A stretch of 60,976 bases of DNA, filler included, from Dirinaria sp. TL-2023a (GCA_051941275.1; 7 parts of 7 records of this genome joined end to end with filler, not necessarily neighbours in it); one strand, 5' to 3'; positions 49,399 to 60,976 are shown, counted from the whole stretch's first letter. Translations and numbers: made by a program. The notes: generated from the letters alone by a model not told the origin.

Positions 49399-51186
49399 TC
49401 TCTGGACAGCTTCGAAGACGCCCACAAGCCAACAGGAAATTCCTTAGGTTCAGCGTTCACAAGGCGGCAGCTCTTCTCTTGCATTTAGCTCCCGGCGTTA
49501 ACATTGGGAGCCTGGACAGCAGTATATAACGACTCACGACTGGATATGCTATGAGCTATGTGATAGAGAATGCGAAGGATATTGTTGTACTTTCAGGTTG
49601 CCGAGAGAGAAGAAAATGCCAGCAATGGGCCAAAAGTACAAGTAGCTTACTCAGCAAGACGCTTGTACCGTACATAATTGATTTAAATAAGGTATTGAGA
49701 AGCGCTCCTGCTGAGCTGATACATAAGTCGGCGAGATGGGCAAGTACTTAATGTTATTACTCCATTATCAAAGTGTACAAAGTCCTCAATAGTGAGCTGT
49801 TCAAGCGTATCAAACAGCATATGACAATCATACTCATCCTCTCTAACGAAAGAGACTCTGTGCATCATTTAATGAGTCAGCCGCGTACTCGTACAAGCAT
49901 GGATCATCGCTCTTGAAATTTGAACGAGTTGTATCCGAACTCTCCTATTACATAAGCCCTGACTCCCTGGCCCATTTTACTTGTTGGGATTTCGCTTATA
50001 CCTAGCGTCTTGGCATGGTTACGTGTATTTAAGGGGCCGAGGCGGGCCAAATCCTCCTGGCAATTATTCTAACCTCAGTGTCATCAAAAATGTCAATTTC
50101 CAACACTACCCTCAATGTTTTGGGGTTAGGGTCACGCCACAAAGTCGTTCTCGATATCAATGGAAAGATTTCTGATTTCACTTTATCTGCAGTTTCGTAC
50201 CAATGCCGAATTGACTGAATGCGATATGTCTATTATCAAGAACCTTATAACTTTTTGGAAGCTCAGACGAACAAATTATTCCAATGTGTTGAGAAAGACT
50301 TTTATGCTATAATTCTAATCCTAGCTCCATGAGGGGACGAGTCAATGGCCTTTTTGGACCTAGGTAGTAGGTACATGTATGCGGAGAAGAAGGTAGATCT
50401 GATAGTCTATTGCTACGACTCGAGCCATGTTAACATCAACTTGGTGCGTCGTCGGATTTTGCTGCACATTGCCTCGTATGTCCGTCGTGCAGGTCAAGCC
50501 TAGATAGTGGAGAATAGGGAGCTATGGAACGGTGTATTGGTACGATCCATGGACTCCGGCCTTCAATGAGGGCCAGTTGAGCATATGGGCGTCAAGCGCG
50601 CCACAGAACGTGGCTTCAGTCAATCCCTTGCTCGAGGTGTGGCTACATGCTCAAGGTTTGTGAGTCAAAAGTCTCATGGCTATTTCAGGAAAACAAGATA
50701 CAGTCTATTCGTTTGTGACCTCTTTACGGCCTTTTTGGCCTAAGGTAGCCCAGATGTTGGTAACATGTGCCTTGGCCAGGATCCCCTGATCAAGTTCCAC
50801 AAGACTGCGCTGCTACTATACTTCGTAGAAATATAGTTTTTCACTAGACTCATTGCGCTTGGAATTTAAAGGCAATGGTCGTCTTGGTTTGATATTGCTG
50901 GCTAGCGAAGCTGCAAAATATTAATTCTAGATTCATGTTTCATCGCCCTGTCTACATGTAACCTAATAGTTCTTGTGCTACTTCACTTCATGTCAGGCCT
51001 CTCACAGCCTGCTAGATCTGTCTAAGCATTCCTGTCTTTCCATCCAAACTCCAGTCGAGCCTTACACTTTGAAGGCTATCGACGCCATGACCAAGAGCAC
51101 CTTGACGTCACCTCAAGATCCATCTGCTCCCGTTACGAAGACGCTGCCTTCTCAAACATGTCGGGTGGCGTGTTCGCATAGGACCA

Positions 51187-51860
51187 TGGATCGACAGTAC
51201 GGGAATCACGATGTCCCATTTGTTGTCGCGATCCAGACTTGGAGTACACCTATCTTTACAATCAAGACGAAGATGAGGAAATTCCGATTGATGTCGAATG
51301 TGAGGTTGTGCAAAACTAGCCACAGTAGAAGCTCTCTATTCGGAATGAGACTAAACCTGAAATCAATCTGTTTCCGTGGATCTCGAAGGCCATCGCGAAC
51401 ACGGAATATGATGTCGAACAAATTACAGTCCTCAAGGCCCAGAAGCAGAACACCCTCGACAGCATAGTGAGAGCGCTCAATTAATCCAAAGAAACCAACC
51501 AGTACTGGCTTTGGTAAGGCGGTGATGGCGGCCTCTAGACACACCAGTGACATCAAGCCTGGACTTCCTTTCCTAGTCATTCACGAAATCGACCGAATTT
51601 CTGCCCTGTCTGTACAGATTCGAGAACTTACGATGTTCCCCTATTGCGAGCTCCGCTTCCTGCCGAAGCTGCAGGCCAACCTTCCCGGACCGCGCCTGAC
51701 TCAGACTCGAAGACGGCTCTGCAGACCCTTCAACCCCAAGTATCAGTCCCTTTCGAATCCTTACATTATTGCTGGCATCGGTCTTGCACGCCCACAGCTT
51801 CAGAGTTTCAGAAACGCTGGTCACTACCGACGCGAGCGCCCCTTCAGTAGTATAGCTTAA
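51187..51860 (+). pseudogene. Degraded coding relic of unknown family
   Basis: One + frame reads protein-like (DPDLEYTYLYNQDEDEEIP..LFPWISKAIANTEYDVEQITVLK) but is broken by repeated TAG/TAA stops. Confidence 0.35.
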
Positions 51861-52268
51861 GTCAAGCAGTCGTCATCGCTTTGAAACGGCTCTGTCCTCC
51901 AATGTCACCGACCGAGGCGCTGAATTCGAAAGTCATGGCTTCCGAGATAGCGTCAAGCTGGCATTCAGAGGTATGTTGCTCGCAAGGCGAGACTCGATTG
52001 CTAGCATGAGGTATACGCGATCTAGCCGGCTCATGAGTCGAAATATGAGGGTCTGAGAGATGGAGTCGAGTGAAGACAAGATGGACTTCGGTGTGAGATT
52101 GTGGAAAAAGTGAACGATGAAATATTGCATGTGGCCAGTAATTTAAGATTGCCGAAGTACAACGGGATGGTTCAATTAGAAGCTCAGGCAAAAGGGATAA
52201 AAAATGGCGAAGGGGTTGCAGTCATGAAGAAGGGTGTGGATATGAGAACGGCCAATATCATCTTGTCT

Positions 52269-52368
52269 NNNNNNNNNNNNNNNNNNNNNNNNNNNNNNNN
52301 NNNNNNNNNNNNTTAATTAATTAANNNNNNNNNNNNNNNNNNNNNNNNNNNNNNNNNNNNNNNNNNNN
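52269..52368. other. Artificial contig linker
   Basis: N44-TTAATTAATTAA-N44. Confidence 0.99.
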
Positions 52369-52969
52369 GGATGAGGGAGAAGGAGGAAAATGGGGAGATA
52401 GGGGGGGAGAAACTCGATGATTTTTCCGTTCTTAATCCGTTTGTAACTTGCTCGGTAAAGTATAGTGGGTGTGTGCGGGGGGTTGTGGAACATTATTGAA
52501 TTGAGGTGAGGTGAGTGGGGATATTCATGACTTGCATTATCTATTTGGTTTTATTTATTTTTCAAAAAATCTGTTTTCTCTGCTCTGTTTTGCTTTTTTT
52601 TGTTTTTTGTTTTTTCTTGTTCTTTAGCTTTCCTCCCTTCATTGTTCTTAATTGGACGCTGGACATTTGGTATCAATCATATTTTCGTGAATCCCGCACA
52701 CCAAAAAGAATAATCATCTTTCTCTCTCTTGCCGATATTGGTCTCGACTCGCAGAGAGGAGATACAAGGTCGCAGAGATAAAAAAAAGGTAGATTGACCT
52801 GTCTGATCACGACCCACCAATACGCCTCGCTTATGTCCCGCTCCTCATGTTGAAAACCAACCAGACTTGTTTCCGAAAAACATATTAGCCATCATCAATC
52901 AATCTCCATAGTGAGATTTCCCTGCTGTGGAAGTGGAGGGTGAGGGGGATTGCTGCATCGAAATCAATC

Positions 52970-55768
52970 TTATCCGCGGGCTAGGTGGATAACGAGTTTG
53001 TTCGTCAAGTCGAGATACGGTTGCGGACTCGTAACATCCTTATCCAAAACCCGATACCCGCTGCCCACGAGCTTCTTGTGCGAGAAATCGATCGCGTTGC
53101 CAACCTCCACGGCCGCTTCGTAGCCGGCGCATTTGAAGTCCACCAGGTAAGTCTCATGGTCCAGCTGATACAGTTGGACGTCCATGTAGACGAAGCATGC
53201 ATTGTCCGCGGCACTGCCGGCGATCTGGGCTCCCGCTGCCGAGGTGGCACTGACGCTTGTAGCCGAGCCAGCAGCAGAGGCCAGACTGCCAATGATGCTA
53301 CCACGGCGCCGCGCCGCTTCCTCCGAGTGGAGGTCGACATGACTGCTCTGAGCGGAGTGCGCGTGTACTGCTCCGGGCGGGTACATGCCATCTTTAAGCC
53401 AGCGGACATGAATGCACCAAGGGTCTTTCGGGATGTATGCTGGTGGAGGGATGTTGGGGTCGACGTCTTCATCTGCCGACGACTCGGCTTCATCATCGGC
53501 GCCGACATAGTAGACTCCTTGGCGCTGCTTGTCCTGTGGTTCTCTAAATGCATTACTATCCTGGCGCTCGACGTAGTGGGATTTCTTGTCTTTCTCGGGG
53601 CTTTCAGAGAGCTGTGATTCGGCGTAGTGAGTGGCGCCTATGACATGGACCGGGTATGGACCAGGACCCTCCTTGGCATCAGGCTTGGGAGGTGTGACGT
53701 GCCATTGTGCTCCGAGTGCTTTGAGCGCTTTGTAGATGCACATCATGGCGTCCAGGGGCTGATTGCGGCTTCGAATACCGAACTGCCATTTGGTGTGTCT
53801 ATTCTTCTTATTACTCGTCTGAGGATCAGCCCCAGGATTTTCCGAGGCTTTGGCGAGGATGGTATTCAAACGGACAGTAGAACGAGAATGAGGATTAAGC
53901 CGACGGAGACCGGATTCATGCTCATTGGGATCCAGTGACAATTTGGAAAAGTAAGCCTGTTCATTCGCCTCCATAGGCTCCCCTTCATCCTGCATCTTGA
54001 AACGAACCTCCTGCTTCTTCTTCTCTTCCTCCTTCTTCGCCTTCATGATCATGTTGTGGTAGTAAGGAAGACTGCTCGTAAGGATCCCGACTTTGCTAAC
54101 GTACCCATCTGACTGTGGTATACTTGACAGGGGTCTCGAATTTGTTTGAGGATGATGTGCCTCGCCAGCTAGATTTTGTGAGTCGGCTTGTGCCTGCTCC
54201 TGCTTCTGAGCCTCATGGGTGGCAGAGAGATCTTCAACGTGAGCTTGAGCTGCTTCGCCGAGCCGGGACGCTTTGATCTGAGGCGTTGGGGGCATCTTAG
54301 GATCCCATGGCGGTGGAGAGGTAGCAAGAAACGGTTGTACATTATTGGCCGTCGTAAGTTTCGCTGTTCATGCTAGTCAGTATTGGATTGGAAAATGTGG
54401 TCACGTGAGGGCATTCGCTGTGGCCTAAGCGCGCTCGCAGCATGCAAACAGGAATCCACTCCTCTGATCATGCGACTGCGCGAACTGAAGCAGAGTAAGG
54501 GAGACTTACGATTATCCTGCATGATCTGATTCTCACGAACGATCATATATGCGTCTTTAATAGCGTTGGGCTCATCTTTCCTCAGCGCGTCTTGGACATC
54601 GTCCTTGGCGTAGCCCATGGTCTTGCCCAATTTACCAATCACAGATTCATGGATTTGTTCTTGAACTGCGGGAGGCTTGCCAGGAGCGAGCTTGCGTGGG
54701 TCTATCGCCTTATTTGGATCGACACCAGTGTCAATGAATTCCTCCACAGGTTGCTTAAGGTAGTCCTCTAGATCTTCGTTGAACCATGGGTCTTGACGAA
54801 TCTCTTGAATAGTAAGCCGCTGCACGGGATTGACCTTGAGCATCTTGTGGATGATGTGCCGAGCGCCTGAGGATAAATAGTTTGGCGTATGATAGTTGCC
54901 GGCATTGATTTTCTTGAACAGGGCGGGTATAAATTCATCGTCAAACGGAAGCCGGCCGACAAGCAGCACGTACAGGATGACCCCGCAACTCCACACGTCT
55001 ACCTCAGGCCCAGCATATAACTTCCCAGAAATAACTTCTGGGGCTGCATAATTAGGACTGCCGCAGCTGGTCTTCAGGAAGTTGCCATCTGTCATGATGT
55101 TGCTTAGGCCAAAGTCGGCAATCTTGACATTAAGATCGCTATCAAGTAGCAAATTCTCCGGCTTCAAGTCTCTGTGCACGATTTTGTGGCGGTGACAGTA
55201 TTCAACCGCGCTCACGATCTGCTGGAAGAAGCGCCGAGCTTTGGCTTCGGGCATTTTTCCATGTTTCACGAGATAGTCGAACAGCTCGTTTCCTGCATAT
55301 TCGAGGACCATAATAATTTCTTGGGGCGTAGTGATGACTGTATAGCTACGTATAAACCACTTAGTATGAAATTCCGTCCGCAGCTGTTACAGGGGCTAAG
55401 ACTTACAGCTTGATAATGTGAGGGTGTCGAAGAAGTTGCAGATACTGTATCTCTCTTTCGACTCTCCCAGCCATGTCTCGAGATATGAGCTTCTTTCGAG
55501 ATATGATTTTTAAAGCCACCTCTTGTCCGCTGACGCGGTGCACCGCAAGCTTGACTTTCCCAAATGAACCCTCTCCAAGGGTCTTCTTGAGGGCATACTG
55601 GCCGATGCGTGGCCCTGCACGTCCGCCACTGGGAAGGTCACTGGTAGTGCTGTCCGAGCGGTGCGATGTATCTTTGGATGGCTTGGTCGGTCCCGGCCGC
55701 TGAGGGCGCTTGTCGGCCGAGCTGGACAAGGACATGGACAGCTCTTCATCGTCGAAACCGGAGGTCAT
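52970..55768 (-). CDS. SNF1: SNF1/AMPK catalytic subunit, three exons
   Basis: LGEGSFGKVKLA, REIQYLQLLRHPHIIKL, HRDLKPEN, DFGLSNIMTDGNFLKTSCGSPNYAAPEVISGKLYAGPEVD, UBA region, KWQFGIRS, QLYQ..YLVDFK. Confidence 0.99.
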
Positions 55769-57304
55769 GATGATTTGCGAGGGTCAGCGTCGTTTATGTA
55801 AGGACGGAGAGGGCTATCCTGCAGAGGTGTTAGTAAGCCGCCTCCTTTCGAATTTCTTGCTGATTCCCACGGCGGGATCTTCCAGTGTAAGACATACGCA
55901 TGGGCTTGAAGCCGCGCCGACATTACCACTTCTGTGCGGTTTGCGGTCTTCTCCGCGCCAGGTTGAAGCCCGATGAGCTAATCCTGGGAGTGTGTAGGTA
56001 CGCTATGCAATCTTAGAGTTTGACAGATGATGCAGGTAAAATCGAAAGGTTAAAAACGGGTAATTGAGTTCGTTGACAGGACCAGGGTCAGAACGCAATC
56101 GAAAGTGAGTCCTTAAGGGGGTCTATGCGGAGCTGCAGGTGTTGTACAGCAAGTCTGCTGTGGGCGTACCTAAGGTTTTGGAAGATTCCAGGAAGATCCA
56201 CACTAGAGAGTGAGAGATAAGATAAGATACGATACTGTTTGATGTAAGGTCAGGTACGAGTACAGTACTTACCTTAGGCTTCGGACACTTATGCTGAAAC
56301 TTCACCACTTCGAATGGGTGAGGCCGCAAGACGGAAAGTGTTTGAAGGTGCCAAAGGTAAAATAAGATGTGAAGGCTTGAGATGACTGTGGGTCTTCCAA
56401 ACCCAACCAGCGGTTCCTCCCGCCTGCTCCGCCGAACCGCCGGGAGGGCAAGAGCTCGTCAAGTATCCGCCAAGCCTTCTCTATCTTACCATTCTCATTC
56501 GGCTTTTCCATGATTACAATGTTGGATTGCAGTTGTGTCCTGCTGAAACCACCCTCAGGTATCGTCACTGGACACAGTATCTCTCGAGGTAGTGGAATCC
56601 AGCACAAAAGAAATTAGTCAACAAGCTCTGCAAGCTTGGGATAGTTTGCACCGCTATTCTCTCCACCCTAACCGGTGTGGAAATGAACGCAAATGTTTCC
56701 GGAATTCCAGTAGGAGAAGACAGCATTCCCCTTCTGGATCCTCCAACACGCACCCGGCCTTAAATTGGATTTTTGCTCATGGACACCACGCTGGAGAGTT
56801 ATTTTGCAACCTTGGGACTCCATAATGAAAAAATCTAACAAGATACAGGCTCTTTCTGATGATCCGTTTGTTCGATTTACCACTGTAAGGTTGAAGAGGA
56901 TCTAGGAAAATCATGGGGGAATTCGAAGGACCATTGTTCATTCTGTAGTCTCCTAGTACCGTCTGTCTCGAAGCATGAATATGCTTTGCTATAAACGATT
57001 CCTTACTGCATCATCATGTCTCAGGATGATATGTAGACCTTCTAGAATGTTTCATTGACGATGTATCTTTGACTTTGGATCAACCGATCCCTTCACTGTA
57101 AATCATCTCCTTCAATTCATATCACAATTGCCCCGCCGTGGCCAAGCAATGATCTCTGGCCATGCCAGTTTACTCAAAACGTGCTCGGTCTCAGCAGAGC
57201 TAAAGGGAAGCCATTGCACCTTTGAAAACTATCAGGCTTTAGCGTCAGCATTATTCAGACCTTGTTCCAGACATGTTTCAGAAGGCAGCATAAAAAAATA
57301 TGTC

Positions 57305-57402
57305 AGCCTCGAGAAGGATTCGAACCCTCGTCTTCAGTGGGTCCAGAGTCCACTGACTCTGGTCCCAAGCCCTGATGCGTTCCACCGCTACGCCACCGAG
57401 GC
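57305..57402 (-). tRNA. tRNA-like Pol III gene, copy 1 (98 nt); anticodon arm extended by a long hairpin; identity undetermined (TTG or TGG depending on register)
   Basis: Acceptor GCCTCGG/TCGAGGC, D arm GCGT-AGCGGTGGA-ACGC, T arm GAGGG-TTCGAAT-CCTTC. A box TGGCGTAGCGG and B box GGTTCGAATCC. T7 terminator just downstream. Confidence 0.8.
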
Positions 57403-57595
57403 TTGATTCATGAAGTTAGACATGCTAAAATCGACTATATTCATTACTTACATATTAAAGTAGAGGCCACTGCGTCGATAGCTAATCTTCTTCTGCGTTA
57501 ACATGATTTATCTCATTATTATTACGAGCATTACTCTGATCTTGTTCTAGACATGTTTCGATAGGCAGCACAAACCCAAAAAAAAAAAAAAATTC

Positions 57596-57746
57596 TGCCT
57601 CGAGAAGGATTCGAACCTTCGATCTTCAGATGACCCCTGCTCCTAGGAGCGATCACCCACCGCCGTAGCGGGGAAATCGTCTCGAGATTGGAGTTACCCC
57701 CAACCTCGATTGGTCCTAACGCGTTAAACCACTACGCCACCGAGGC
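57596..57746 (-). ncRNA. tRNA-like Pol III gene, copy 2 (151 nt); multibranched ~80-nt insert in place of a normal anticodon loop
   Basis: Same acceptor stem. D arm GCGT-AGTGGTTTA-ACGC, stem TTAGG/TCTGA, V loop AGATC, T arm GAAGG-TTCGAAT-CCTTC, discriminator A, T15 terminator. No YU-anticodon-R loop can be drawn. Confidence 0.8.
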
Positions 57747-57920
57747 TTTGATGAAGAGACTCGTCCTAAAAAAAATCATATCCATTACACGCATAACATC
57801 GTAGGGATTCAATGTGCTCTACATTTGCTTCAATATGGTTTACACCGCTACCATTGTGAGCATTGTTACTCTGCTCTCCTTCTAGATACTAATTTTGCGA
57901 AGCAATCAAAGCTAAAAGTC

Positions 57921-58023
57921 CGCCCAGGGAAGGATCTGAACCTTCGTCTTCAGGGATTGAAGTCAGCACTGAGGTGCTGCTTGCTCTCGCGACTGTACGT
58001 TAGACCAAATACGGGACTGTGTT
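57921..58023 (-). pseudogene. Degenerate third copy of the tRNA-like gene
   Basis: The 3' half is retained (CCTGA-AGAC-GAAGG-TTCAGAT-CCTTC-CCTGGGC). The A box and 5' acceptor strand are decayed. It carries its own insert hairpin CAGCAC-CTCA-GTGCTG. Confidence 0.65.
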
Positions 58024-59357
58024 CATGGCATGAGTTGTGCTTAAAATGGACCATAACTATACTTCGTTGCATACATATTCCAGCATGTAGGGAAATAGAA
58101 GAGGCACATCTTTAAGGGCAGCGGCAGAGCTGCACTCTTCGATGACGGTTATACGGAATGTTTTGTACGTCTATCATTCTAAACGATCCAAAGGTGTTGT
58201 ACGAGATCTTGGAACTTCTGATCATCGCTTTAGCTATGATAATCGTGAACATGTAAATCATGGATATGGGTAAGAGGAGGAGGAGGAGGAGGAGGAGAAG
58301 AAGGGGCACAAGCCCCAAATTTTTTAATAGAAAGGATCGAAGTCTTGCCTGCAACAAGTTCCACTGTCTATTTGATCCAGCTAGCTTACGCCAAGCGCAT
58401 TCACAATAAGATGCTACAGAGAAGCACAAAGAGCCTCAATGGCCCCTATTCGACGGTCCAGCCACTGGGCGACCTGCGCTTCGAGTGGAACACGAAGCCT
58501 CTCATCTGAAATCTCATGTCATGATCCTATCAACACGGTCACTGCTCTGCTAGTTGACAGATCTATGGAAATTGCCATCCAGTACTAGTTCCTCGGTTCA
58601 ATTGCAGAAACACCATTCCTTCATCCAAGGGATGCAGACTTGGAGGTAGCTCCCCTGTCCAAGAGCATTATGTAGCAGCTCTAATAGCATGATGCGAATC
58701 GCAGATCGTAGCTCGTGCTTGCAAACAGCAGTCGTTACCTTAAGCATTCAGGACTAGCTAGACCTCGGACTTGCCGCAAGATCAAGAGCTTTGGCGCTAA
58801 GATATTAAGCGAAAACCCTACCTTAATTTCGCGTATCCTAAGGTTTTTCATCAACGCTTCTAATCCAATTGAGCATGCTGTGTGAGGAGATCTAATTCGC
58901 CGATGCTTCAACTTCGCTCGATCTATAGTAAACACCGAGAAACACGTTTGTCTAATATATCAAGTCACGCGATGAAGAAGGACAATTGACTTGATCGTAT
59001 CCTTTCTTGCCGTGTGCCGCGCCTTCGCCATCTAGCTGAGGGACACTTAGGCAGGGCTGGACAAGTGTATTCGACATGACGCTTTTGCTCCATTATAGAC
59101 AAGACGGCTCGTCGCGATGGTCACTTTTTATAGAAATGGCGGGCAGATTCAGCCGCGAGATCTGGTACACAGCCTTGATGCCAATAATGGCCGCGATACA
59201 AAGAAAGTGTGTATTCCTCTCCATCTCATTTCCGTTCATCCATTGCTCTTCCTATATCTCGCTCTTTACAAGCGTTTCCTCTCGAATCGCTGCTATCAAT
59301 CCCATTTTTTTCCCCCGAGAACGCTCGCCTCCAGATAACTTCACTTTTCAAAAAACC

Positions 59358-60271
59358 ATGACAGTTACCTACCGCAACGGGATCTCAATCCTCGAGCTTC
59401 TCATATATGGACCTGGCCTGCCACTGGCGAACTTCATTGCCTATCGCCACGGCTTTCAATGGACAGGGGGCTGGCTGTTCCTGATCTTCTTCTCCATCAT
59501 GCGCATCGTCGGCGCCAGCTCTCAGCTCGCGCTCATGGGAGGGTTCAATCTGCGAGTAGAAGAAACATACGTTGTATGCAGCCAAGTGGCTCCGTCTTTT
59601 TTAATCAGCGCCAGTATCGGTCTTACGGGTCGAGCGTAAGTAGGCCTTTCCTCTTCTCATAATGCATAATCAACAGAGAAAAAGTCCTTCAAGACGTCGA
59701 GGGCGTGGTATTGTTCTTTTATGAAACAAAAAACAGAAACAATAACAAACTAAAAAATCATCAAAACAGGAACCAAAAAACCCGAACCCCTCTCTCATCC
59801 CTTCTTTTCCGCGGGGTAGGCCTCATCAATCTATCGGGCGTGGTTCTCGGCATAGTCGGGGGCGCGATTCAATCGTCCTCATCATCCATCACGACCGTCC
59901 AGCCCGAAACCAAAGCCGGGGTCCTCATCTTCCTCGCTTCCCGGGCTGGCACTTGCGCTCTTCTCATACTCACACTACTCAACACATTCCGCCATGGTCT
60001 GGGCGAGAGGAAATTACTCTATGCAGTCGCGTTCGCGGCGCCATTCATACTCGTCCGGTTGGTGTATAGCATTCTAGGCTCTTTTCGGGGCCGGAGGTGG
60101 AGTATTGCTACGGGAAGCGTGACGGTGTTCTTGGTCATGGCGGTGCTGGAGGAGATTATAGTAATAGTAGTACTCCTAGGGACCGGGTTGGCACTGATGA
60201 GGAAGGATAACAACAGCACGCAGGATGACGGCAGCAACCGCGATGTTGGACTGGCAAACTTGAGAGCATAA
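59358..60271 (+). CDS. Fungal integral membrane protein (~7 TM) of unknown function, two exons
   Basis: MTVTYRNGISILELLIYGP..RHGF..GWLFLIFFSIMRIVGA; intron ~59636-59769; then GERKLLYAVAFAAPFILVRLVYSIL..MAVLEE. Confidence 0.85.
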
Positions 60272-60976
60272 AAATTGTGCCTACCTATATCTCGGGGCTC
60301 TCGGGGCTCGTGCCCTCCTTTTCTTTTTCTTCTTCTTCTTCTTCTTCCTCCTCTTTAGCGATTATGTTACATAGCAAACCGACTCAATCGTGGTCCTAGT
60401 GATATAATTGTTCACAAGGTGCTGACTCGATCAGACTCTGATTTTCCTTTTCCCTTGTATATCGTACTGCTCTCGATATCGTCTCTCCTTCTGATATCAT
60501 CTCATCTCACTCCTCTCTTATCCCCCATCCCTTCTTCCACCACAGCCAACATGTCGAAGAAATCAACAGATGAACTCAAAGTAATAAACCTGATGAAACA
60601 GCAGCAATAGCAAGAAGTCGTCAACCACACCCACAATCCACGAAATCAAAGACACGTATCTTAACAACCTGCTAAGATAGCTCAAGAATACCAAAACCGC
60701 CCACAAAGTCAAACACGCCAAAACACGACGTCAGCTACCCGCAGCAGCAACTCTCGATCTCTAAATTCAAACCCAGAGCGATTCTCAAAATCGACACGAC
60801 CGACAAATCGAAAGAACAGAAATCATCAAGACTCGAGAACGATTTCAGCAATTGCCAAAAACCTGATTGACGGCGCTCGCACAGTCACTGCTAGCTGTCG
60901 CTTTCTTTTTTTTAAACTTGATTCGTGCGCTCGATTAAAAAGTCTCGAGCAGATTAAAAAATGCCGTCAAGGACAT

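Noticed and set aside
52985..53617. 210-aa + strand ORF and other long ORFs overlapping SNF1, the ABC transporter and the sugar porter
   Set aside because: Antisense or alternative-frame shadows of well-supported genes with no motifs of their own.
57950..57965. CT-TCA-A in copy 3 as a tRNA-Sec or opal suppressor explaining the TGA at 6032
   Set aside because: Copy 3 has a decayed A box and acceptor stem, no long variable arm and no matching 5' stem. The protease is on another contig, also has a frameshift, and Dikarya generally lack Sec machinery.
57250..58092. CRISPR-like repeat-spacer array
   Set aside because: The repeats are tRNA arms with Pol III boxes, the period is ~300 bp, the context is eukaryotic and no cas genes are present.

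Overview
Eukaryotic DNA from a filamentous ascomycete (short GT-AG introns with CTRAC branch sites; SNF1, SEC11, SEC53, UBC). A lichen-forming or similar Pezizomycotina fungus is plausible but unproven. The window is not one locus. It is seven contigs (8645, 8635, 8630, 8627, 8618, 8613, 8608 bp, strictly descending) joined by an artificial 100-nt N44-TTAATTAATTAA-N44 linker, so adjacency across linkers means nothing. Contig 1: LINE 3' end, F-box protein, small MazG-like protein, disrupted trypsin-like protease, PTH11-like receptor. Contig 2: frameshifted membrane protein, MFS sugar transporter, start of SEC53. Contig 3: aspartic-protease-like membrane protein, E2, SEC11, conserved hypothetical gene. 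Contig 4: OxdC-family bicupin with an atypical lid, divergent from a secreted SBP56/methanethiol-oxidase-like beta-propeller. Contig 5: NRPS-like A-T-R enzyme and PDR ABC transporter. Contig 6: P450 divergent from a UbiA-type terpene cyclase. Contig 7: SNF1, a tandem array of three tRNA-like Pol III genes, and a membrane protein. The most unusual signal is that array: a shared tRNA scaffold with a different, strongly structured insert in the anticodon arm of each copy. All calls come from motif recognition by eye; no searches were run.
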